Below, piece after piece: positions 38,771-56,967 of a stretch of 64,000 nucleotides of DNA (position 1 is the stretch's first letter; each line of letters begins with the position of its first letter). The notes under the pieces are model-generated. The model saw only the letters and a list, made by a program, of their open reading frames with translations, searched no databases and was not told the origin of the DNA. Origin of the DNA: the human T2T-CHM13v2.0 reference genome, Homo sapiens; the NCBI RefSeq assembly GCF_009914755.1, contig NC_060926.1. One strand, 5' to 3'. The position numbers and the translations under genes were made by a program.

Positions 38771-40744
38771 TCCTGCCTTTTCTACTGTGTAAGGATATGA
38801 GATTGACACTCTGCCAATTTAACCTTACAAAATAGGGCAGTTCTACTTACTGTCTTCTCTCTCTTTTGCACTCGATTTATTTTCTATTTTTTAAAAAAGA
38901 GGACTGAAGAGAACAGCTTCTTTCCTTCTTATGTGGAAGAAGCACAGTCACACAGACCAGAGAATTAAGGGCAAAAATAATAAAAAGCCCTTTTTACCTC
39001 TTTTAACCTCTGTAAAATTACTATAGTTATATGCCTTTCTCTGAAGTGATTGGATTTCTTCAAAGGCAGAGCTACTTAAGGCCAGGTGGCTATGCTAATG
39101 GTCATCTAGGGAACTTTTATGAGAGCATATGTATATCTTACAAGTAATGATTTATTCTTAATATGGCTGTCCTTAGCTGGAAAAGTCTTTATAGGTCAAA
39201 GAACCTCATGAATATTTAAAAAGCTGTTACCAATTTTTCTAATCTTGGTGGTGTTTCTTGATCTCCTTTGCCATGAAATCCTGGTATGTGTATAAGGAAC
39301 AGATGGAGTAGTTAATAGAATAATGACAACCAGATTTTCTTTTACTACAGAGCCTAAGTATATAACTAAAAAAAAAAAATTAAACTAGTATTCCTCTCAG
39401 GACATAATTTAAATTTATTTATCTTAATTGTTTGATTGCTAGGTTTTTCCAGGAATGTTTATTATGAAGATTTTAAAACATCTGATTGGGCCAGTGAAAC
39501 ATCCATAGAAAATTTTTGGTCCTACGGGAGGAGATCTGTTCTCATTATAATAGATACTGATGAGATTTTGGGTCCTGTTGATGATCTATGATTGACGATA
39601 TAGAACGTTTAGCCACACTGGTCTTTCTGATTTAAGGCACCAAAACTTTCCCATTTTCTTTCCCCATATTTTGTCTGACAAGTACCAAATTTGTTTTTAT
39701 AATATTCAGATGTTTAGAGTTGTTGACTTTATTTCATTGAAGAACTGCCAGATTATTTTAAAATAAGAAATAGCATGAATAAAAATGTTTTTCTACATCA
39801 AGAAAATGTTGCCTCAAATCATCGCATGTGTATCTGGCAATTAAAACTCTAGGTAGATATACAGTTTCTATGTGGTGAGCAAATATTCAGAGACCTTGGG
39901 TTATTTTGGCTTTTGAATTAACTGAGCATTTTTGGGGGTGGATAGGTAGAAATGCTGCGTAGATCTTACATAACAGAATGGCTTTCCACATGGGTTTGAA
40001 AGTGATAATGAGCCATGTGGGAAATTACCCAATATACTTTTTGTATTCCAGTAAAATAATTGGCATTCATAGGGAATTGGGCAGTTTCTCTAAGCAGGGA
40101 TTGCTGAAGCATCCCATGCTATTCAGTGACGTCTCTATAAATATTCTATTAGTGTTGCAGAATGGTTGCCACTTTCTTTGATTCTTTGTGGAAAAGATGT
40201 ATTAATTATGTTTTTACCATTTGTCCTCATGTGAAAGTTCTTTTTTTTTTTTTTTTTTTTTAATAAGGAATGAAAAGTAAGATGTGTAAAAACACTACCA
40301 CAGTCTCCTTTACTCTCAAGGTCTGAAACTGGCTGGTTGGGTGTTCCCCAGTGCAGCAATGGGGGCTAAATTTTTCTGATTCTATTGGATAGAGACCAGT
40401 TTAAGAATAAATGTTCATATTTAAAATGGTAAGATCCAAGTTCAGTTTTAAGCCATTGTGAGGATTTGGAAAATGTACTTGTCTCCTTCTCCTGTTCTAA
40501 ATATCAATAATGTTAATATTTTGACATGGGAAACAGGTGAGAGAAAATATGAAAGTTGGGTTATTGGAGGTATTTAGTAAATCCTCATTAATATTTACTG
40601 CACTGGGGCAAAGCTTTTCAGAATTAGTCTCCAAAATCCTAAACCATTTTATTTAATGTTTATTTAAATCATTCCTTTTTCTTTTACTTTCAAGGACGTT
40701 CAGTAAAATAGAATCAAGTTAGAAGAGTTTTTTCACAATCACTG

Positions 40745-41590
40745 AGAATGGACAAAAGATCTGGCTAGACATTTCTCTAAGAAGATACACACATGGCCAA
40801 TAAGCACATAAAAAGACACTCAGCATTATTAGTCATCAAAACCACAGTGAGATACCACTTCATATGCCCTAGGATGTTTGTGAATAAAAAGGCAAATAAT
40901 AGCAAGTGTTAGTGAGGATGTGGAGAAATTGGAACCCACATACACTGCTTGTAGGAATAGAAAATGGTACAGCTACTTTGGAAAACATTCTGGCGATTCC
41001 TCAGATAGTTAAACAGAATCGCCATGTGACGCAGCAGTTCCACTTTTAGGTATATACTCAAAAGAAATGAAACCATATGTCCACCTAAAAACTTGCTCAC
41101 AAATGTTTATAGCAGCATTATTCATAACAGTCAAAAGGTAGAAATAATACAAATGTCTATCAGTTGACACATGGATAAACAAAATGTGGTATAAGCCATA
41201 CAGTGGAATATTATTTGCCCATAAAAAAGAATGAAGTACCGATAAATGTAACAAAATTGATGAACCTGGAAAATATACTAAGTGAAATAAGCTAGACACA
41301 AAATGCCACATATTACATGATTTTGTTTATATGAGCTATCCAGAATAGGCATATTCTGTAGAGACAGAAAGTAGATTAGTGCTTACTTAGAGCTGGAGAA
41401 GGGATGGGAGGGTGAGGATTGTTAGCTAAAGAGTACAGATTTCTTTTTGGGGATGATGAAAATGTCCAAAATTGATTGTGGTAATGATGGTGCAACTCTA
41501 AAATATACTAAAAACCACTGAGTTGTACACTTTAAGTTGATAAATTGTATGGATGTCAATTATATATCAATAAAGCTGTTCTAAAAATAT
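40745..41590 (+). mobile_element. L1MB-type 3' fragment, sense, in the intron between the 57-nt and 144-nt exons
   Basis: L1 ORF2-end and 3'UTR motifs (gagataccacttca, gtgaggatgtggagaaattggaacc) ending tcaataaagctgttctaaaaa. Confidence 0.85.
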
Positions 41591-42905
41591 CAATAGACAC
41601 AACTACTTTTCATGACCAATATTTATATAAAAAACTAGTGTGTTTTGTCATTCGTTGTTTATATGAAAATGAAGTCTACTAGAGTGCTGATTTACAGTTT
41701 CCCTTTTAATCCTGCATATTAGGAAAATATTCATAAAGAATACAACAGTAAATTTTAAAATAGCCTCAGGACCAACTATCAAAAATTCTGAGCATGAAAT
41801 CTCAATTAATGCAATTCTGCCATTCAGTGTTCCTCTTTTGGCTGGATTGTGTTTTTTTTCTGTAGCCTTATTAAAGCTCCAACTCAGGCCTGTACTGCTG
41901 TACTCTGTGGGATAATATGGAGATCTGTCACAAAGACTCATAGCAAAGGTTAGGAATCTTCATCAACAACCCAAACCACATTATTTAAATATTTGAAACA
42001 TCAACTTCAAAGAATATAATAATGGCAGGAAAGAAGAGAAAAAATCAAACAGACTATTTTACTTCTCTCTCTTTATGCCAGAATGAGATTGGTAACCTTC
42101 TGTGGGGAACAAAAATCTCTTCCAAACAAATTCTCTAACTATTGGCAGTTAAAGGAAATGTAAGGAATAAACTCAAACTGAAAAGATCAATGGAAATATC
42201 TTCCAAAAATGAACTTTTCCCTGTTATTGACCTTTATTAATGGTGTACCTAAGTTTGGTACCTAAAGCATTATTTAATGACTAGGTTATCTCTTCTCTCT
42301 TGTTTTATCTAGCAACCATTTTTTTTTGAAGTCGTCTCTTCTTTCTTGTTTTATCTAGAAACCTTTTTTTGGGGGGGAGCTATAATCTCTGACATAGAAT
42401 TACAATTACAGAGAAATTGGCTGCATCTTAATGTTGGTATTGTCTGAAGTATTCTGTGGGATCTGTATGAAACATTGGTCTGCCCCTTATTGTACAGAGC
42501 AACAAGACAATAAGGCTTTATTAGCTATTGTTTCCACCATTCTCTTGACTCAAGCCAGGACTTCACTGAAAACTCTCCAAGTATTGAATAGCTCTAAGCT
42601 GAAAGAATCCACTCCATATGTCAATAGCTCATTCCAGTCTCTTCCCCAGGACTTCTGACTACCCTCTGAATTAATATCTCCTTTCCTCATTAGCACATAA
42701 GGACTCATTCATGTTCAGCCCCATGGTGGGCACTGAGGATACAGTAACAAGACAATCACCATTTGGCATCTTTTCTTATTTTGAGGATAATTATTATACC
42801 TAAAATAATGTTATGCCTTACTCGCTTGTCTTTGCTTATACAAAACAGGAAGTATAAAACAACAGTCCATAGCTGTGTTCTAGAACCTTTTCCTTGTGCC
42901 TTTAG

Positions 42906-43049
42906 GCAGCTCTGGATATCAGGATTATTATCCGCATGGCAGGCCAGATCACTATGAAGAAGCACCCAGGAACTATGACACGTACACAGCAGGACTGAGT
43001 GAAGAAGAACAGCTCGAGAGAGCATTACAAGCCAGCCTCTGGGACCGAG
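42906..43049 (+). CDS. RHBDD1: RHBDD1 internal coding exon (144 nt): (G)SSGYQDYYPHGRPDHYEEAPRNYDTYTAGLSEEEQLERALQASLWDR(G), containing the UIM
   Basis: Acceptor ccttttccttgtgcctttag, donor GAG|gtagga. SEEEQLERALQASL (from 42998) fits the UIM consensus (acidic-L-x-x-A-x-x-x-S). Overlaps ORF-track entry 42896..43099. Confidence 0.97.
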
Positions 43050-43669
43050 GTAGGAGTCTTGCGCCCTTCAGTTATTTTAAAGCATACCTCATGTGGTAAG
43101 GTAGTCTGAAAAAGAGCTATTTGTAGCAAATTAAATTTTAAACAGTTCAGAAAAAGGATATGTAGATGAAAACTGTGTGCAGATTGTGATTACAAAGAAT
43201 GGGGTGTGATGCCATATTCCCAGCAACCTAAGCTAATAAGGTGCCAGACTGTGTATGTATTGTTAAAGTGGTTCTTTTTATAGTCCTGCTGTACTTGATG
43301 CTTTGGCATTAAAGTCAAGAAACTTAAAATTCTTAGATGCATGATAAAAAAAAGAGAGATTTTCTTTGGAATTCATATTTGTAAAGAAGGCTCAGTGTCA
43401 CTAAGTATCAAAATATTGCCCATAAACCTCCGACAAATCTCCCTCAGCATCACATAGGCTAAGAATTCAAGCTCAGATTTGACTTCTGCTGAACCAATCT
43501 GTCTGGGGGTAGAGCCTAGAAATTTGTGTTTTGAACAGGCTTTCCAGGAGATTCTTTTATAAACCGATATCTGAAAAAACACTGTATATATTTTGCCATG
43601 TTTGTTCTAGGTTTGGATTATGAGTTTGGGTATTACTGTTTTTATTGTTTGAGTAGCAACTAAAAATCA

Positions 43670-44500
43670 ACTGTTCATTTAAAGGGCATTTGTTAAAGTT
43701 TTATGTTTCATGTACAATGGTAGGTACAATAGGGAACACTGAGTGGTAAAAGTTGGAAACTACCCTCAAAAAGTTAACAATCTGTGTTTGGGCATATGCC
43801 TACTAGATGTGATACCACACAGGTAACCCTAGCATCAGGTGACTAAGAGAGGCTCAAGCTAAGTGTTAGACGTAGGGAGAAGATGGTGAGCTTTTTCATA
43901 CCTAGAACTATCAGATTTTCACAGAGGAGATAGCATTTGAGTTGGACCTTCAAGAATGTGTAGAACTTGAAGAGCTGTGGACGGGCATTCTCTGCAGAAG
44001 TCTGAATATCAGCATAGAAGTTAGGGTCATGTTCTGCCAGCCCTCACTTTTGAATGGACAATAAGAGAAGAAAGGGAAGAAGAGTGGGAAGCTAGGCTGG
44101 GTCCGGATCGCAGGGGTCCTAGAATTAAATAGACCAAGTGGAAAGTGGATTTAGTGTGTGGTATAAATGCCAGTAGAGCTCTGCATGGGACACTGATGTG
44201 GTCAGAGCTCTGTTAAAAGAATCTGGTAGTAGCAGTCATTCTGCGAACAAGATTGAGCACCAATCAGGTACCAAGCATTATGCTAGGTGATGAGAGTACA
44301 TAAATTATGACAATATAATTTCTGACTTTAAGGAATATAGTCTTAGTAGCAACAGTGTGCATGGAGGTGGGGAATGACAACAAGCGGGAGACAAGTTGGA
44401 AGACTATATTGCAGTAACCTGAACAAGAAAGGAAAGCCTAAATTATGAAGGTGGAGAAGAAGGCATAAATCTGTATTTCTCAGGTGAAGAGTTTCAGAAC
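43670..44500 (-). mobile_element. L2 fragments
   Basis: Purine-rich L2 antisense text (cacagaggagatagcatttgagttggaccttcaagaatg; gattgagcaccaatcaggtaccaagcattatgctagg). Confidence 0.55.
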
Positions 44501-44508
44501 TGTGATGA

Positions 44509-45003
44509 TGTATCAGTAATCTATCACTGTGTTAAGAATCACCCTGAAACTCGTGGATTAAAACAGTAAACATTTGTTCTTGCTCATGAGTATGTGAAGC
44601 AGCTGGGCTGGGCTTAGCTGATTTTGGCTAGCGAGCTAAGGTGTCTGCGCTGGTCTGCTGGGGTCTGGCTGCTCTAAGATGGCTTCTTCTACATGCCTGC
44701 CTGACTAATGGTGGTGTTACGCCATGCCTCATTCCTCAGCCAGCAGGCTAGCCTGGGCTTATTCACCAGGCCACAGCATAAGGTTTACAGGAGAGTGCAG
44801 AAATAAACAAGTCTTATGCTGGCACAATGTCAGTTCCACTGTATTCTGTATACTGTTACTGAAGCAGGTAACAAGACCAGCTCAGATTCATGGGATAGGG
44901 AGATAGTCTCCACCTCTTGGAGGAACAGCAAAGTCACATGCAATGGTTATGGATAGAGGGAGAGGTGGAGAATTGTAGCCATTTTTGTAATCGCTGTATC
45001 ACA
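44509..45003 (-). mobile_element. MaLR LTR (MLT1G/H-like)
   Basis: tgtatcagtaatctatcactgtg...aaaacagtaaacatttgttcttgctcatgag...gccatttttgtaatc. Confidence 0.7.
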
Positions 45004-46871
45004 TATAGTCAGTGGACTGCCAGTATCACAGTCATTCAAAAGCATGCCTTAGCTATGGAATCCTGAAATCTGGGGAAAGGGCCCCAGAGCCTATATTTTT
45101 AACAAATTCTCATGGTTATTCCTGTACACACGGGTTTAATCACCACTGGGCTATCCATGAAATATTACAGGACAAGTAGGGCAGGGCAAAACTTCTCAGC
45201 GTGGACTTCATACAGCCTATCTCTATCCCCTTCAAGGCTGACTTCAAATAAAGTCAAAAGAGCCAAAGAACACAGCATGATAGGAAAGATTTGGACTTAT
45301 ATTTGGGAGACATCTTCTGATTATTATCTTCTGTTAAGAAAATGTGTATTCTAAAGTAGCAAGCCTTCATAAAGAGTGATGGAAAATCAGGGAAAAATTA
45401 GGCAGCCCGAGTGAGAATATTTGAATGTGAGACATAGAAAACCTCCCATGTTAAATGTAGTAAGAGAAAGGAAATGCAAGAAGACAAGCTTACCTTTTGT
45501 AGTTTTGTTTCTAAAGGGTTGCTATATGCCCCCATCAGTAATTATACAGGAAGTTAGTACTAGTAGTACAGGTGTCTTTTTTGAAAGAGAAAGAAAATAA
45601 TGACTTCCCTCAGTAATTTGGGCTCAGAGACATGAGCATGGAAGATCTGCAGATGAAAGCACCCTCTGATGGCCCTGGTGATTTTGGAGCAATTTTATAG
45701 ACTTGAATCTAGGTACAAAGGAAGGGCTTACATTTTGGGAATCAGAAGAAAGTTGGAGTAGATTTTTGAGATGTTTCCTTAATGAAGAATATATTTATTA
45801 TTAAGTTAATATAAGTCATTAATATTAATTTTTCCTGTTTAACAGTAAATGGTATTGAAATATATACTAACAGGCAAAAAGAAAAAAAGACACAGGCTAC
45901 CTTCAGAGATTTCAGAAAGTCATCTGATAGTAGTGTTGATTTTTCATAAATTTAAATCTTATTCTTAAAAAAACTTCTTGTAAAAATAACTCGAGAGTAT
46001 ACTGAACAGAAATAGAAACAACTTAAAATGTTTTACTACCCCTATTTTAAATTATTTTATATTTTTTCTTCTTACCCTTAAAACATTTCAGTTAAGAAAT
46101 GAATAATTTTTACTTTAAAAAAAAGATTTTTACACATCAGATGCTATAAGACTCGCTTGGTGAGAAGAGTATTTCTGGGATTATTTTGAAGCCAAGGGTT
46201 TTGTTTCTACCTCTGTCTAACTAGTTGCTTGGTTTGAAAAAATCTAGCTTCTACTTTGTGAGTATGGAGTTACGTTCTAAAACTCCTCACAGTAGAAGAT
46301 TGCTAAGACTAAATGATCCAGAGTTTGTGCTGAATTACTTTTGCTATCTGACCTTTTATTTTAACAAAATCATAGGTTTTTTTCTTCCCTTTTTTTCCTT
46401 CCTCCTACACATGTATTTTCAGAATTTAAAACAGTCTCTTCTTTCCATTCATGAAAAATCACAAAAGTATGTAGAACTTGTTTGTCTCTCAAATGGCCAC
46501 TTGGTACATCTTAAACAGAGTGGCCTTGGTTAGGATTTTGAATTACGGTGAATGAAATATAAAAATAAATAATTTTAAAAAGAAAAGAAATCATAAAAGT
46601 TAATAGTTAATTGATGATTTTTGAATATAGGACTTTCTAAACAGAAAAGTAATGAAAAAATTGTGGAAGATAGACCATTGAAAACTTTGACAAAGAATTA
46701 ATATAATCAGCATGTAAACTCATGCAATGAAGTAATTAATACTAACTCCTATTAGGAAAATAGAAAATAATTTTAACATATAATCCAAAGACTTATAAGT
46801 GACCAGTGTGCATCTAAAAATAATTTGCTGTATATTAGCAAAGAGTTAGTTTGTTCATCTCACTACATTTA

Positions 46872-53786
<6,915 letters not shown>

Positions 53787-53802
53787 CATCTCACCACATT
53801 TA

Positions 53803-54200
53803 ATGTTGGTAGTGATAACAGACATTTCTATATGCTGCTGATATGAATGCAAATTGGTATAACCTTTCTGGAAAACACATTGGAAATGTATAATCAAGAG
53901 GCTTACCTTCAGTGATTCCTTGACTAGGAATCTAGCCTGAGGAAATAATAGAGAGATGGTCCAATATTTGTTTTTAAGTTACTGATTCCCTAATTAAATT
54001 TAGTAACAAAAACTTAAATACATTGAAATTTGCACAACAATGTGTGCAAGGGTTAAATCAGTTGTGGTTTCATTGTAAAATGGAAATATTAGGCATCTAT
54101 TAAAAATAACATTTTTGAAAAATTTAGTGGCATGAAAATATGATTACAACATAATTGCTGAATGAAAAAACGTAAGGCACAAAATAGTATGTACCATATG
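53803..54200 (+). mobile_element. Old L1ME-type fragment (host of the L1MA insertion)
   Basis: tgctgatatgaatgcaaattggtataacctttctggaaaac...ctaggaatctagcctgagg. Confidence 0.55.
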
Positions 54201-54796
54201 GCCAGAAATTTATAAAATAAGCCAACTCAAACCAAATATTTTTCCTTAGGAAAAAAAAATGAAAACGGCCTTTGACAAATGTCTTCTTGATTCTTACACT
54301 TAGACAATTACAATGGTTTCAAAGGAAAATAAAATTCAAATTAATATAAATTTTTATAAAGCTGCTTCCTTTGCCATTGTTAGTTACTGTATAAGGCACT
54401 TCAAGAGTCTTTTTAGACCTGTTTCCTTGAAACTAGTTTCGTGTGCTGTTCAAAACATTCATTCAAAATAAAATTCTGTGGTCAAATAAGCTTGGGAAAT
54501 ATGTAATTAATTGGTTTCTTAATTGCAGAGCTAATTAGAATCATAAGTAGCATACCAGTGTCATTGTGGATATTCAAGGAGGTATGGTTTGCAGTATTTC
54601 CCAAATTTATTTGAATGTAGAGTTTGTGTGTTTGTGTGTGTGTGTTTCAGAGGGGAAAGGGAAGAGGAGGAGAGGGAGGGAGGATAGAAGAGAGAAACTA
54701 GAATTGTTTGGGCTGAACCCTCTGACAGGTTGGAGACATCCTGTTACTTTGCCTCTAAATCCTTCAATGTGTATCTTTTGAAAAATAAGGGCCATT

Positions 54797-54933
54797 GGCC
54801 AGGTGCAATGGCTCACGCCTGTAATCCCAGCACTTTGGGAGGCCGAGGCGGGTGGATCATGATGTCAGGAGATCGAGACCATCCTGGCTAACACAGTGAA
54901 ACCCCGTGTCTACTAAGTAAATAAAAAAAAAAA
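54797..54933 (+). mobile_element. Left-monomer-only AluY with polyA and perfect TSD
   Basis: AluY diagnostic gagatcgagaccatcctggctaacac; ends at tctactaa followed by an A-tail; perfect 16-bp TSD aaaaataagggccatt at 54781-54796 / 54934-54949. Confidence 0.93.
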
Positions 54934-55639
54934 AAAAATAAGGGCCATTGTGCTACTTATCTACAACATCATGGCCACATCAAAGAAAATTAGCAGGAAT
55001 TCCCTAGTAACACCTACCATTTAGTCCAAATATGAAATTTTCTAATTTTCTCAAAGAGTATGTTTTATAGTCAGGTTTTCAAGGTTCTGATGTTGCATTT
55101 GATTATTTCTTTTTAATATAAAAACCATACCGTGCCCTTTTTATGATTTAATTTTTCAGGACACCAGTCTCATTGAATGGTAGGTGTCTTATTATTTCTT
55201 CGTGGTGTATTTAAATAGTTAGTTCTGTGTATTTCTGTATATATTGGCACTTACATTTGAGGACTTGATTAATTGGATTTGGGTTACACATTTTTAGCAA
55301 GAAAATGTCATAGGTAACACTGTGTTCTTCAGATTGCATCAGGTCAGGAGATACACTGTGTCAAGCCATACCACTAATACCTGGTTACTAGTTTCAGAAA
55401 GTGACTGACAAGTCTCTCTGTTGCAAAGGTACATTTTTCCCTTTGCTGTTTGCAAGTTCCACATGAAGTGATACTATGTCACCATATGAATATCCTGTTT
55501 CCTAAAAATTACTTGAAAACCTTTCAAGTAATGGTTTTTGTAGTCTTTGGTGATCTTTTTTTACAAGGCTAAATATTAGTCTTGTATTATGCACTTCTGT
55601 ATAAAAACTGATCACCTATCAGTTATTTCTTTGGGTTCC

Positions 55640-56967
55640 TTGTTAATATTTTTATTTCTTTAAAATTTATAGTGAAATTTACTCCGTGTGGTGTACACTT
55701 ATGTGAGCTTTGACAGAAGTATAGAGTGGTTTATCATAACAATCTAGATACAGCACAGTTGTATCACTCCAGAAAATTACCCATCACTCTCCCTTTGTAG
55801 TCAACCTACTCTGACCCTTAATCCTCAACAAGCACTGTTCTCTTCTCCATCTCCTTAACTTTGCTTTTTCCAGCATGTCATATAAATGAAATCACACAGT
55901 ATTTAGCTTTGAGAGGTCGTACTTCTTTCCCTGAGCAAAGTTTATTTGTTATTCATCTCTTTCTATTAACTATATTGATAATTTTTTTTCTTTTATGGTT
56001 GAATTATACTCTAGTGTATAGATATACCAGAAGTTTTTTTTTGTTTTTTTGTTTTTTTGTTTTAATCCTTTCACCAGTTGAAGGATATTTGGGTTGATTC
56101 CAGGTTTGACATTTATGAATAAAGCTGCTATAAAAATTTACGTACCGGAATTTGTGTAAATATAAGTTTTCATGTCACCTAGGTAAGCACATAGGAGTAG
56201 GGTTTCTGGATTATATATGGTAAATTTATGTTTAACTTTATAAGAATCTGCCTGTTTTCCTAAGTGTTTGTACCAGTTTTCGTTCCTGCCGGCAGTATAT
56301 GAGAGTTCCAGTTGCTCTCGGTTCTCCCAGCATTTGGTATTTTCAGTTGTTTTTATCTTAGCCATTCAAATAGGCGTGAGGTTGCAGTTTTCATTTATAT
56401 TTCTCTAATGACTAATGATGTTTCTGTTTATCGACTACCTATATATCTTCTTTGCTGAAGTTTCTGTTCCATTATTTTGTCTACTTTTAATTGGATTGTT
56501 TGTTTTCTTATCATTGAGTTTAGGGAATTCTTTATATATTCTGAATAAAAGCGCTTCATAAGATAGGTGATTTGCAAATATTTTCCCTGAGTCTGTGGCT
56601 TTTTCCCCCATTCTCTTAAAAGTATCTTTTGTGGCACAAAAGTTTATAATTTTGATGAAGCACAATTTATCAATGTGTCAAGCATTTAGTGTTGTATCTA
56701 AGAATCTTTTGATGTAACCCAAGACCATGATTTTCTGCTACATTTTCTTTTAGGAGTTCCATGGTCTTAAAATTTACATTTAGATATATAGCCCATTTTG
56801 AGTTAGTTTTTATATAAGATGTGAGGTATGAACCAAAGTTTGTTTTTTGCTTGTGGACTTCCAAATATTTCAGCACCATTTGTAAAAATGACTATCAGTT
56901 CTCCAATGAATTGCCTTTGTACTTTTTTCAAATAACAATTGAATATGTTTACATCAGTCTATTTCTG
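55640..56967 (-). mobile_element. Old L1M (MC/MD-like) fragment, continues at 60362 after the L1PB insertion
   Basis: Antisense L1 3'UTR/ORF2 text; the host sequence tctatttctg|gact resumes at 60362. Confidence 0.75.
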
